Source: Myxococcota bacterium
GTDB lineage: Bacteria > Myxococcota_A > UBA796 > GCA-2862545
Direction of reading: 5' to 3'
Length of the DNA: 64,000 nucleotides
Assembly: GCA_039208735.1 (NCBI GenBank)
Contig: JBCCQY010000026.1
Coordinates: forward strand, 1 to 64,000
The notes beneath the pieces are model-generated. The model did not search any database, was not told the origin of the DNA, and saw only the letters and a list, made by a program, of their open reading frames with translations. A program made the translations under genes and the position numbers. Positions 30,207 through 39,864 of this stretch are shown piece after piece (the first letter of the stretch is position 1; each line of letters opens with the position of its first letter).

Positions 30207-31996
30207 CTGCGCTTCCTGACCCCCCAGCGTCGATGGTGCCCCTTGCGGCCGCCGTCGTCTGCCGAGGCCGATCGGAAGCCCAACGCGCTTATCTGATGCA
30301 GTGCGCGGGCTTGCCGGCCGATGCGTCGCTGCCGCCGCTCGACCCCGAAGAGGACCCGCGCGCCGATGTCGTTGACGCCATTTTGGACCGCACGTGGCGA
30401 GCGCGGACCAAAGCCGACCGATTGGCCCTCGGCCAGGTGTTCACGCCGCGGCCGGTGGCTCGGCAAGTGCTGCTCGAACTGCCTTTGGGCCCCGGCCCCT
30501 CGGTTCGCATTCTCGATCCGGCGTGTGGCGGAGGCATCTTTCTCATCGAAGCCGCGGCCTGGCTTGCTGCGTCGCTGTCGGAAACTCCTGGTTTGGCACG
30601 CGCATGGGCCCTGTGGGAGCGAATCGCGGGGGTGGACATCGATCCCGGAGCCGCCGCATTGGCGCGGCTGCTGCTGGGTTCGAGCCTCGTTGATGCCTTG
30701 GGAGACGAGGATCCCGGCACCCTGCCGCTACCGCAGGTGTGGTTGGCCGATGCCTTGAATCCAGAGACCGAAGTCTTGATCGAGGCGTTCGCGCCCACGC
30801 ACGTTCTGGGCAATCCGCCGTACCTCGAGGCCAAGCGTATGCCAAACCCAGACCGGGCCAGGCTTCGCACCCAGCTCCCGGAGCTGACAGGGGCGTTCGA
30901 CCTCTACATGGCGTTCTGTCATCTGGCCTTGCGTTGGGTGGGACCAACCGGTGTTGTGGCGCTCGTGTTGCCCAACAAGGTGCAAGTGGCTCGGTATGCG
31001 GCCTCCCTGCGGGCGACGCTCACGGCGAGCGGGCGGTTGCATGCACTCTTGGATCTGTCCGAACTCGCGGTCTTCGCTCGCATAGGGGTCTACCCCATCG
31101 TGGTCATCCTCGGACCAGAGCGAGCGTTGGGAAGCTACAAGGCCTGTCATCGTGTGGCTTCACTCGACGCGATGGGTCGTGCTGCACTGGTGGGCGTCGA
31201 CGTGCCCCACGAACTGCCCTTGGCCGTGATGCAGCCGCCGACCTGGTTTACGCTGCCCAACTCCGCCATCGCCGCACTGGCCGACGACCTTCTCGAGCGT
31301 TGCCCACGCCTCGAAGCGGTGGCCACCGTGCGGTCTACCTGCAGTTTTCACCGCAAAGGCCTCCGCGAACGGTTTGTCAAGGATGGAGAGGCCTTGCCTC
31401 GTGGCATTCCGTACCTGGGAGGACGCAGTTGGTCGCGACGCAACGAGATCCGTCCGTACCAGGTGGATTGGACGGGGCATCGGATCGACTTTGACGCCGA
31501 GGCGCTTCGAACGCTGCGCAATCCGCTCCCTCCTCTCGAGTGTTTCATGCGGCCAAAGGTGATCTTTTGCCAGCATGCGCGCACGCTCATCGCCTATGGC
31601 GATGTGGAAGGGCGGTTCGTGACCAAAGACGTCTTTCCCATCGTGCTGCCCCATGACGACTCCCCCGAAGCCGTTTGTGGACTCACCGCGATTCTGAACT
31701 CCCGGTTGATGTCGGTGCTGTACGCCACGTGGTTTCGAGGGATTCAGATTTCGGGTGGCTACCTCCATTTCCTTCCCGTCTACCTGCGCCGGATGCCCGT
31801 TCCGGCCCCCGAACGGTGGACGGACCTTGCCGAAGTGGTCGCCGGTCTTCAAACCCATCCCGACGAAGCGAAGGCTGAAGAAATCGATGCCCGAGTGATG
31901 GAGGCTTATGCGCTGTCGCCAGAGGACAGTGCTTTGGTGCGTCGCTTGGCAGATCACGAGCTGGGCTTCGCACCCGCGATGTTGGCGCGTCGTTGA
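30203..31996 (+). CDS. N6-adenine DNA methyltransferase (gamma class, TaqI/Eco57I-like) with C-terminal TRD
   Basis: LGQVFTP, ILDPACGGGIFL, GVDID, LGNPPY, FDLYMAF, ILNSRL, YLRRMPVP. Confidence 0.9.
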   Translation: MTALPDPPASMVPLAAAVVCRGRSEAQRAYLMQCAGLPADASLPPLDPEEDPRADVVDAILDRTWRARTKADRLALGQVFTPRPVARQVLLELPLGPGPSVRILDPACGGGIFLIEAAAWLAASLSETPGLARAWALWERIAGVDIDPGAAALARLLLGSSLVDALGDEDPGTLPLPQVWLADALNPETEVLIEAFAPTHVLGNPPYLEAKRMPNPDRARLRTQLPELTGAFDLYMAFCHLALRWVGPTGVVALVLPNKVQVARYAASLRATLTASGRLHALLDLSELAVFARIGVYPIVVILGPERALGSYKACHRVASLDAMGRAALVGVDVPHELPLAVMQPPTWFTLPNSAIAALADDLLERCPRLEAVATVRSTCSFHRKGLRERFVKDGEALPRGIPYLGGRSWSRRNEIRPYQVDWTGHRIDFDAEALRTLRNPLPPLECFMRPKVIFCQHARTLIAYGDVEGRFVTKDVFPIVLPHDDSPEAVCGLTAILNSRLMSVLYATWFRGIQISGGYLHFLPVYLRRMPVPAPERWTDLAEVVAGLQTHPDEAKAEEIDARVMEAYALSPEDSALVRRLADHELGFAPAMLARR

Positions 31997-32038
31997 CGAC
32001 CCGGACAAGGAAGGAAAAGACGCGACCCCGGAGTCCCT

Positions 32039-32716
32039 GTGAAGTCTGACGAGACCGCTGCTTCCGATTCAACGCGCCCCTCCCGCGGCCCCGGCTGGCT
32101 TCGGGCCTGGTCGGGGCCGGTACTTGGGGGGCTGGCGCTCGTCGTGGCCATCACGGGCTTGGTGAGTGGGCAGCGGACGCATCATCGCCTCGAGCAGCTC
32201 GAGGCCCGCTTGGTTCAGGTCTCGCGTGTGGCCTCGACCGAGCCGTCCACCCGTCGAGTGACGACGGAGCGACCAGGGGGGCGGACAACCCAGCGGGTTC
32301 GTCGACGGGCGGAGGGCAAGATGGCCCGACGAAAGGGTGCCGAGGCGGGGCCCAAGGAGCGAAAGAGCCCCGCGGAACGCCAGCGGCAGATTCGCGAGGA
32401 GGTCACCGCCACCATTGAGGCGTTCGGGATGGACCGAGGGATGGATGACGCGACCGTGGGCCGCGTCCTTGGTGAATTGGAAGCCCGCAACGATGCGGTC
32501 AGAGCGGTCTTTCAGGACCTCGCGGCGGGCGCCGTATCGGCCGAACAAGCCCGCGAAGAAGTGCAATGGGTGCGCGATGAGAGTGCCACCTCATTGCGAG
32601 ATCTGCTGGGTGATGACCTGTACGAGGCGTTGGACCGGCATCTTGCTGAACGTTCGCCCCGACGACGTCGGGCGGCCATGACGCGGACCGTCAGTGACGA
32701 GCCGGTTGCACCATGA
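32039..32716 (+). CDS. Hypothetical membrane-anchored helical protein
   Basis: One N-terminal TM followed by a charged helical region. Confidence 0.65.
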   Translation: MKSDETAASDSTRPSRGPGWLRAWSGPVLGGLALVVAITGLVSGQRTHHRLEQLEARLVQVSRVASTEPSTRRVTTERPGGRTTQRVRRRAEGKMARRKGAEAGPKERKSPAERQRQIREEVTATIEAFGMDRGMDDATVGRVLGELEARNDAVRAVFQDLAAGAVSAEQAREEVQWVRDESATSLRDLLGDDLYEALDRHLAERSPRRRRAAMTRTVSDEPVAP

Positions 32717-32780
32717 TGATCGGTGGCCCGTAGCCTTCGGGGCATCTCCCGAATAGCAGAGCGCCAGCCGGAGGACGCAC

Positions 32781-33686
32781 ATGAGCGAGACCGACAACGA
32801 TGAGCCTGTCGACAGCGAAGGGGGCGGCACCCCCACGGTACTCGTAGGCGCCGTTGCCTTGGCCATCGGAGCCATTGCGGGAATCCTCATTGGGTTCGTA
32901 AGCGGATCGCAGATGACGCCGGAACCGGCTCCCGAACCCGAACCAGAAGACGCGGTCGCGGTCGTCGAGGACACGGGCGAAAAGGAAGTCGAGGACGACC
33001 TGTCGCTGGCCCAGCAGCGGGTGGCAGGCCTCGAGCGCGAAGTCGCAGAAAAACAGCGGGAAGTCACCGAGCTTCAAGCGGAAATGACGCGTCGACGTGA
33101 GAAAGGCACCGAACTCGTCGCGCGCCTCAAGACCATCAAGACCGAACTTGCGAACGCGAAGAGTGAGCTGAAGAAGGCGGTTCGCGAAAAGGAAGGTCTG
33201 CTCAAGGAGTTACGGCTCACCGAAGACCAGCTTCAACAGACCCGGGTGCAGCGCGACGTGGCCCGCGAAGATGCGCTTTTCAACCGTTGGCAGGACTTTC
33301 TGAAGGGATCGCAACTCGAGATCTGCGATCGTGGTTCGCTCAAGAAGCTTGGGAAGTGCCGAGAGTCCTCATTGGCGGCATTGTCAACGCCGGTTCGTCG
33401 CGATCGATTCGCCCAGTGTGTGCGAAGTGGACAGGCCGCACCGGTGGTCATGAAGCTCGAGAAGGGTGAGGCAATGCCCGACTTCTCCGAGATGATCAAC
33501 GAAGAAGACAAGGTCACCCGAGGCTGGATGATCGTGTTCTGCGACCCCACCCTGCCCGAAAAGAAGATGGGACGATTGGCCGAAGGACATTTACCGGGCG
33601 CGGCGATTGCCAAGCCGCCCGTGGAGCCCGGCGCGGAGCCCGAGGCCACCGCGGAAGCGACTCCCGAACCGACGAAGGTGCCCTGA
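32781..33686 (+). CDS. Hypothetical single-TM coiled-coil protein with Cys-containing C-terminal domain
   Basis: GGAGG RBS, TM, long heptad coiled coil, four Cys in the C-terminal domain. Confidence 0.8.
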   Translation: MSETDNDEPVDSEGGGTPTVLVGAVALAIGAIAGILIGFVSGSQMTPEPAPEPEPEDAVAVVEDTGEKEVEDDLSLAQQRVAGLEREVAEKQREVTELQAEMTRRREKGTELVARLKTIKTELANAKSELKKAVREKEGLLKELRLTEDQLQQTRVQRDVAREDALFNRWQDFLKGSQLEICDRGSLKKLGKCRESSLAALSTPVRRDRFAQCVRSGQAAPVVMKLEKGEAMPDFSEMINEEDKVTRGWMIVFCDPTLPEKKMGRLAEGHLPGAAIAKPPVEPGAEPEATAEATPEPTKVP

Positions 33687-33731
33687 CGGTCAACCATATC
33701 GTTGATATGAATCAGGGGTTCGGGAGGACCG

Positions 33732-34310
33732 TTGGTCGATGCCGACCCGGCACAACGCATTCTTCGCGCTGCATCCAAGCTGCTGACCGAAGAAGGCCCC
33801 ACCGCGCTCACGAACCGGCGCATCGCCCTTGAGGCCGGCTGTACGACCATGGCCATCTACAGCCGGTACGGGTCGAAAGGCGGCGTACTCGAGGCCCTCT
33901 TCAATGAAGGCGTAGACCGAATCGCTGAGGCCCAACGCTCGGTGTCGGCCGATCTTGGCGGGCTCGCGGTGATCGAGGGCATGTGCGTGGCCTTTCGGCA
34001 GACGGCACTGCGCTTTCCAGGGCACTACGGGTTGATCTTTGGACCTTCGCCGAAGGACTACGAGCCGTCCGAAGTCGCCCGTCAGCGGTCTCGGCAAACC
34101 TTCGACGTGCTGGTAGGGGCGGTGGCGCGCGCCGTGGAACAGGGCCATCTTGTAGGAGTGCCCTCGTCGATCGCGTTTGAACTGTTCGCGATGTGCCACG
34201 GCCACGTGACCCTGGCGCTTGCGGGAATGGTGCCTCTTGATGAGGAGCCAGAAGTCGCCTACATCGCGGCCGTCCGTCAGGCGTTGTCCGGGTACGCCGT
34301 GACGGCGTAG
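33732..34310 (+). CDS. TetR/AcrR family regulator (WHG-type C-domain)
   Basis: RILRAA..LL.EEG...LT.RRIA.EAGCTTMAIYSRYGSK; AMCHG. Confidence 0.92.
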   Translation: MVDADPAQRILRAASKLLTEEGPTALTNRRIALEAGCTTMAIYSRYGSKGGVLEALFNEGVDRIAEAQRSVSADLGGLAVIEGMCVAFRQTALRFPGHYGLIFGPSPKDYEPSEVARQRSRQTFDVLVGAVARAVEQGHLVGVPSSIAFELFAMCHGHVTLALAGMVPLDEEPEVAYIAAVRQALSGYAVTA

Positions 34311-35224
34311 ATCGTGCCTCCCGCGGCATTGCCAAGGACCGTTTCGCGAACCACCCGTTGGGCTCGCCAGTCGAGTTCCAGCACCCGTGTAGGCAGCTTG
34401 TGCCCGCGGAGTCCCCGCCAGAGGAGTCGCAAGACCTCACGATGGCGTGGGCGGCGCAGCATGGAAAAGCCCACAAACACTCGATCGCCCACGACGTCGA
34501 TTCCTCGGCACCATCCGAGCATCCGAGATTCACCGGTGAGCGCTTGCAGATCGAGGTCGACCTTTCGCGCCAAGGTGTGCGGATCCACCGCGACCACGCG
34601 TCCGGTCACCTGAGTGAACCACAGCCACCCGCCTCGGAGGCGCCCGTCGTGGGGCATGGCTTCGGGCAACGCGATGATGCGGTCGCCGGGGAGGGAGCGG
34701 CAGTCGCGGGTCGCAAAGCGCGTGACCCAAAGCGTGTCCCCCACGAACTCGGCGTGATTGGGGTGGCAGCGGTGAGGCTTAAAGGCGTTGTGGTCGAGAC
34801 CTCGTAGGTCGCCTCGAGGCAGCTCCCGAGGGGCAAGCGACCAAGTGTGAATCAGGCGACCTGTAGCATCGAGCTTCAGCACCCGATCGGTGGATGTCGC
34901 GGTCACGACAAGGTCTTGGTCAGGCGCGGCGATGACCGAATGGACGTTGTGGAATGACGGATGCGACCAGCGCGCGGTCACGTCGAGCGTCTGGGGATCG
35001 ATCCGCAACACCTCGGTGTGGGCGGCCTGCCACAGCTGACCGTCGGGACCTCGACACGCAGACGTCAGCTCTTGATCGATGCCGTCGTGGCCATGCTGCA
35101 CCACCTCGATCGGCTGGCGGCGCAACACGCAGCCGCGGTCCGCATCGACCTCGCACAGCAAGGGTCGCAGAGGCTCTCCGACCCGGCCCTGGGGCCGCAC
35201 GCCCATGCTGACGAGCAACCTCAC
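34277..35224 (-). CDS. Beta-propeller protein (DUF4915-like)
   Basis: HNVHSV, HPNH, PHDG, GWCRGI...DRVFVGFS; GTG just after the upstream stop (start uncertain). Confidence 0.6.
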   Translation of the reverse strand: MRLLVSMGVRPQGRVGEPLRPLLCEVDADRGCVLRRQPIEVVQHGHDGIDQELTSACRGPDGQLWQAAHTEVLRIDPQTLDVTARWSHPSFHNVHSVIAAPDQDLVVTATSTDRVLKLDATGRLIHTWSLAPRELPRGDLRGLDHNAFKPHRCHPNHAEFVGDTLWVTRFATRDCRSLPGDRIIALPEAMPHDGRLRGGWLWFTQVTGRVVAVDPHTLARKVDLDLQALTGESRMLGWCRGIDVVGDRVFVGFSMLRRPRHREVLRLLWRGLRGHKLPTRVLELDWRAQRVVRETVLGNAAGGTIYAVTAYPDNA

Positions 35225-35225
35225 G

Positions 35226-36269
35226 CTACCGTCGGAGCTGGGCCGCGGCTTCGGCAATGCCTTCCACATCGTCAAAACGGCCGATTCGCTCCTCCACCAG
35301 CCACAGTTCGATGGGCCGCCCCACATCGCCGTCGTGCGTCAGGGCCATCGCGGACGCGCGGGCGCAGCGAAGCATTTCGAACTGCTTGTGGTCGAGGTCA
35401 TAGGTGACCAGCACCTGGCGGCGAGCGAGCGGGCGAGGATCACAAACCAGAACCAGGGGGGCTTCCAAACACTGGACGAGTTGGTCATGCCACGCGGGGG
35501 CTTCGAACATCGGGTACATCCGCATGACCACGCGAACCCCGTTCGCGGCAAGGTGATTCGCCGCGCCCCGCAGCGCTCGCCGCAACTGGGCCTCCGCCAA
35601 CTCATGGCTTTCGACCTCAGACCATGGGCGCCATTGGCCGGTGTCGGCATCGTAGAACTCGACGTCGCCGATGCGCAGTTTGTAGTCCATCGCGGGTTCG
35701 CCCGGCAAAACATAGCCGGGGTAGAACCACTGCTTGCCGAGGGAAACGGCGTGCTCGATCTCGAGCAGCATGGTCGCATAGCCCAGGCCGAACTTGCGGT
35801 AGTCGGGGTCATAGACCCCCATCAGGCTTTGCGCGCTCTCACTCCCAAGGTCAAACCAGCTAAATGCGATGAGTTTGCCGTCGTCGTAGACCTGGGTTTC
35901 GTAGGTGTCGAACAGCTCAAGCGGCTCGCTGTCTCCGTAGAGAAAGTCGTCGAGGGTCGGACTTCGATCGCCGCGCGCGATCTCGCGGTACCGCTGGTAG
36001 AGCGTCTCGTGTTCTTGGTCGATCACCGGGCCTTGACGAACCTTGACCGTGAAGTTCCGGCGAAGCCGAGACAGTTGTTTGCGAGCTGATTTCCGGAATG
36101 TGTGATCCGCGAGGGGCAGCCGGGTCCACAGGGCGGTCCGCAGTGCGCCATCAAACAGGACGACGCGACACGTCATCAGCGTCTGGCCGATGCGGAACCA
36201 ACCCGTGGCCAGATAGGCGTCCAGCTCGAAGGGAGACAGCCTTTCCAAACGGACCACTCGGGTGGACAC
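35226..36269 (-). CDS. Arginyl-tRNA-protein transferase / Bpt-like aminoacyl transferase
   Basis: [34 protein letters not shown]...GLG...MLLEI, YPGY...MDYK. Confidence 0.88.
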   Translation of the reverse strand: MSTRVVRLERLSPFELDAYLATGWFRIGQTLMTCRVVLFDGALRTALWTRLPLADHTFRKSARKQLSRLRRNFTVKVRQGPVIDQEHETLYQRYREIARGDRSPTLDDFLYGDSEPLELFDTYETQVYDDGKLIAFSWFDLGSESAQSLMGVYDPDYRKFGLGYATMLLEIEHAVSLGKQWFYPGYVLPGEPAMDYKLRIGDVEFYDADTGQWRPWSEVESHELAEAQLRRALRGAANHLAANGVRVVMRMYPMFEAPAWHDQLVQCLEAPLVLVCDPRPLARRQVLVTYDLDHKQFEMLRCARASAMALTHDGDVGRPIELWLVEERIGRFDDVEGIAEAAAQLRR

Positions 36270-36415
36270 AGAACCTCGGTACCGCCTCCCTCGACCGCGC
36301 CGCGTCGAAGAGGGTTCGACCTCCAGGAGGTAACACCCCTCCCATCGAGGCGATTCCGGTTGACGCAGTGGAGTGGCGTGGCTACTCGGACCACTCCAAT
36401 GTATCGAGGGACGAC

Positions 36416-36556
36416 ATGAAGGTCGCAAACTCCCTGCGCTCGCTGAAGAAGCGCCATAAGAACTGCCAGGTCGTAAAGCGTCGGGGTCGGGTCTACGTCA
36501 TCAACAAGACGGCACCCCGCTTCAAGGCGCGCCAGGGCTCTGCGAAAAAGAAGTAG
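36416..36556 (+). CDS. rpmJ: 50S ribosomal protein L36, zinc-independent type B
   Basis: [41 protein letters not shown]; no CxxC..CxxxH ligand set. Confidence 0.96.
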   Translation: MKVANSLRSLKKRHKNCQVVKRRGRVYVINKTAPRFKARQGSAKKK

Positions 36557-36946
36557 TTAGGCGGCCTCTTCTGCTGGCCACGCACGCGGCTCCGTCAATA
36601 GTCGATCGAAGGTCCCATCGGTAAGGGCCTTGCGCACTCGTGCGTTTCCGCCGAGCAGCGTGCCCCGTACGAAGACCATGGGGAACAGGGGCCACCGTGC
36701 CCATAGTTTTACGGCGAGCCGCTCCCGCCACCGGGACACGTAGTTGCCGATCTCGATGTAGTGAACGAGATTCGCGTGACCTGCCGCCACGATCGCCTGA
36801 CGGGCCCATCGCACGTGGGGGTTCCAGCCCATGCCGACGATAACGATGTCGTGCTTAGCGACGGCCTCACGTACACGGTGCACGGTCTGCGCGTGAAAGC
36901 CCTCCCGCGCGCGCTCGACCGATGGAGTGACCGGGATCTCGGACAT
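36557..36946 (-). CDS. Glutaredoxin-like protein lacking cysteine
   Basis: AGGAGG RBS; VIVGMGWNPHV at the active-site position, WPLFPMVFVRG.LLGG. Confidence 0.75.
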   Translation of the reverse strand: MSEIPVTPSVERAREGFHAQTVHRVREAVAKHDIVIVGMGWNPHVRWARQAIVAAGHANLVHYIEIGNYVSRWRERLAVKLWARWPLFPMVFVRGTLLGGNARVRKALTDGTFDRLLTEPRAWPAEEAA

Positions 36947-37042
36947 TGAACCTCCTGACGGCCAGCGTTGTAGCAATGTTGAAACCAGCATGACGGGTAT
37001 CGGGTAGAGTGCCGGATGTACGCTTCATGGCCGGAGACCCCG

Positions 37043-37405
37043 ATGCGAACCCTCTGGATTGCCAGTTTTGTACTGCTGTCTTGCGAGGGGGCAGGGCCGT
37101 CCTCATCCCCGTTTGCAAACCAGTTTTGCTTGGAACGGGACCTCTCGCTGTGGTGCTACCACCAATATCCGGATGGCCCGCAGACCCCGCCGAATGCACC
37201 ACCATGCGAGGCTCCTGAAGATCTCAACCTCGAGCCTGATTCGTTCTACGAAGGAGTTCTCTCCTCCGTTTCGGGTCCTGGCTTTAGCGGGGTGGACCAC
37301 TACTTCAGTGCGAGCACTGGTCAGCACATCGCGACGAAGTTTTGGACCGACACCGATAGCTACTGCGGCGGCTTTACCTTTTGGTATGGCGAGCACCTTC
37401 GGTAG
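37043..37405 (+). CDS. Hypothetical lipoprotein
   Basis: GGAG RBS, MRTLWIASFVLLS-C lipobox. Confidence 0.6.
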   Translation: MRTLWIASFVLLSCEGAGPSSSPFANQFCLERDLSLWCYHQYPDGPQTPPNAPPCEAPEDLNLEPDSFYEGVLSSVSGPGFSGVDHYFSASTGQHIATKFWTDTDSYCGGFTFWYGEHLR

Positions 37406-37408
37406 GGC

Positions 37409-37942
37409 CTACGGCGCATCGAGTTCAGCGGTGCGGAAGGTCAGTCGGGCCGGAGTGCCTGCCTCGTCGTAGTAGTTTTCGAACCCGACTTTGAAGTAGC
37501 GACCCTCGGTCGACTCCACGACATAGATGCGCGCGGCCGGTGACAGCAGATGCGCGTCGAAGTCGTAGTCGTACCAATCGCCGAGTGCATACTCGGGAAT
37601 CCCGTCATCATCGGCGTCAGGTTCATCCACCCGCCACCCTTCGCTGGGCACGTCGACCACCTCCTCGAAGGTCACACCTTCGATGGCGGCCGCGGCCAAC
37701 CCCTCGGCTAGGTCCACCTGAAACCGACGGAACGCAAGGTCCCAGCCTTCGTCTTCGAGTCCGCCAAACTCGTCCTGGTCAAGGTCGTAGGTGACCCACG
37801 CCTTTTCGTCGGTGGCGTCCACCAAGATGCCCCCCGCGTCCGTCGCACCAGCGGTTGCCCCGTCGGGGCCCGGGTCGAGGGTGTCCGAGAGGTCCGGCAT
37901 AAGGCAGCCGATCGAGAGCAGGGCAGGGAGGAATCGAGCCAT
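37409..37942 (-). CDS. HmuY family lipoprotein
   Basis: LSIG-C lipobox, VDAT...W..YDL, WDLAFRR, WYDYD, IYVVES.EGRYFKV.F.NYY..G. Confidence 0.85.
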   Translation of the reverse strand: MARFLPALLSIGCLMPDLSDTLDPGPDGATAGATDAGGILVDATDEKAWVTYDLDQDEFGGLEDEGWDLAFRRFQVDLAEGLAAAAIEGVTFEEVVDVPSEGWRVDEPDADDDGIPEYALGDWYDYDFDAHLLSPAARIYVVESTEGRYFKVGFENYYDEAGTPARLTFRTAELDAP

Positions 37943-39864
37943 TACAACCTCGCGTCGAAGCCCGCGTACACGAGTCGCGGAGGGGTGGGAAGAAAGAGAG
38001 GGTCACCTGCATTGGTCAGGTTCTCCGCTCCTGCGAAGATCGTCCAGGCGTCGGCGAGCGGCCATTGGCCTCGCGCGTCGAGTAGGACATAAGGTGGCGC
38101 GTTCTGGAGATTAGGATTGTCCGGATTGAATTCGGTTTGTAACCCCACGTTGCGAGATCCTACGGCCACCCCTCGCACCCGGAGGGAGGGGCCGGTCCCC
38201 ACTTCGACCGACGCGGTGCCACGAAGCCGGGCCCGGTTTGGAAGGACGGAATTGTCGTCCAGATCGCGAGCGTCGAGGAAGGTGAACGTGCCCTGCAACC
38301 CGAGCCATTCGGCTGGCTCCCAGTCCGCCGTCGTCTCGATGCCCTGGGTCAGAGCGTTGTTGACGTTGTCGTAGCCGAACAGCAGTCCCCCGGCGTCCTG
38401 TTGAATGGGAACCACCTGGATCAAGTTGGTGACCCGGTCCCGATGAGCCTGCACTGAAAGGGCAAACGCATCGGTGGGGGCCCATTCCACCGAAGCCTGA
38501 ACCGAAATGCTGGATTCGGGCTGCAGATCCTCATTGCCTACCACCTGGTAGCCCACCGACGGATTGCTGAATTGCAACAGCAATTCTCGGAAGCCAGGGG
38601 CTCGCCATCCCCGGCCGGCGCTCGCGCGAATGATCAGCGACTTCACGGGATCAAACCGCAACGTCACGCTGGGTGCGATCGCACCTCCAAACCAGCTGTC
38701 GAGGTCGGCCCGCACCCCCGGCACAAGGACCAAGCGAGGAGACTTTCCAATCGTCCATTCGTCCTGAGCAAACAGGGCTCCCCGCTGACGGGAGCCCACT
38801 TCGCCGCCGATCCGCGTGGGCGCCGTGAGCTGGCTTGTGAACCCTTCAAAGCCGACCGTAAACACGTTGGTGGGAAACACGTGGATGAGCTGGCTTGTCA
38901 GCTGGCCCAGGAGTTCGCGAGTTTCTTCGTAGTTGTCGAGGCCTGAGGCCTCACGCTGGTCGAGGATGAACTGGTCGCGGAAGGTCGACAAGCCAAGCGT
39001 TGTATTCCAGCGGGTGCTCGTTCCGATCGTCGCATCCACCCCGAAGAGGGCAATGCCGTCTTCGGTGAGGTTGCGGCGGTCGAGGATGGCGGCTTGACGT
39101 TGATCGATGCCGCTGGAGTCGACCGCGGAATACGAGCCTCGAATGAACACATCGACGTTGTTTCCTGCGTCGAGACCGATGCGTGCTGCCACATTCCCCT
39201 GACGATTGCCATTGCCGTTCGTCGCGACGTTTGCCTCATCAAGGTCGAAGGGCTGGTTACCGTGCCACCCGGCGTCGAGTCGAAACGACCAGGCACCTTT
39301 CGAACTTCCAACGCCGCCGCTGAGGTCGCCCGCAAACGGAACTCCGCGTTCGGGACTTACGCCCGAAGCCACTCCGCCTCGGACGCTGACGTTGCCCGAC
39401 AGGTCGTCCTTTTGCTTGCGCGTGATGATGTTGATCACCCCACCCAAGGCCTCGGACCCGTACAACGCCGAAGAGGCACCTTTCACGATCTCGATGCGTT
39501 CGATGGCATCGATCGAGATTCTCGATAGGTCGAAAGTCCCATCCTTACGACCGACGACCCGCTGCCCGTCCACGAGGATCAACGTATGATCTGCCTCGAG
39601 GCCCCGCAAGCGGACCGTTGCCCCGACGAATTGCCGCTGCACGTCGATGCCTGGATGCTGCTCAAGCACCTCGGCGACGTCTTGCGACCCCGAAGACTCC
39701 AGGGTCTCGCGGTCAATGACCTCGACGGCCACCGGAGCGTCCCCCTGCCGGTGTGGTGTACGCGTCCCCGTCACCACGATCTCTGCGTCAGGCTCGAGAT
39801 CGGGCGTTTCGGGGGACGATTCCTCAGGCGCGGCAAACGCTGCCGCCGCCCACCACCAGGCCAT
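37942..39864 (-). CDS. TonB-dependent receptor (HmuR/CirA-like)
   Basis: IVVTGTRT, RLRGL...TLILVDG, IERIEIVKGASSALYGSEALGGVINIIT, RAPGFREL, GNEDLQPE, AGAENLTN. Confidence 0.95.
   Translation of the reverse strand: MAWWWAAAAFAAPEESSPETPDLEPDAEIVVTGTRTPHRQGDAPVAVEVIDRETLESSGSQDVAEVLEQHPGIDVQRQFVGATVRLRGLEADHTLILVDGQRVVGRKDGTFDLSRISIDAIERIEIVKGASSALYGSEALGGVINIITRKQKDDLSGNVSVRGGVASGVSPERGVPFAGDLSGGVGSSKGAWSFRLDAGWHGNQPFDLDEANVATNGNGNRQGNVAARIGLDAGNNVDVFIRGSYSAVDSSGIDQRQAAILDRRNLTEDGIALFGVDATIGTSTRWNTTLGLSTFRDQFILDQREASGLDNYEETRELLGQLTSQLIHVFPTNVFTVGFEGFTSQLTAPTRIGGEVGSRQRGALFAQDEWTIGKSPRLVLVPGVRADLDSWFGGAIAPSVTLRFDPVKSLIIRASAGRGWRAPGFRELLLQFSNPSVGYQVVGNEDLQPESSISVQASVEWAPTDAFALSVQAHRDRVTNLIQVVPIQQDAGGLLFGYDNVNNALTQGIETTADWEPAEWLGLQGTFTFLDARDLDDNSVLPNRARLRGTASVEVGTGPSLRVRGVAVGSRNVGLQTEFNPDNPNLQNAPPYVLLDARGQWPLADAWTIFAGAENLTNAGDPLFLPTPPRLVYAGFDARL

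Noticed and set aside
30203..33686. Complete type II restriction-modification system
   Set aside because: Downstream ORFs are membrane-anchored helical proteins with no nuclease motif
36310..36324. GGGTTCGAC resembling a tRNA T-loop
   Set aside because: No acceptor, D or anticodon arms could be built around it
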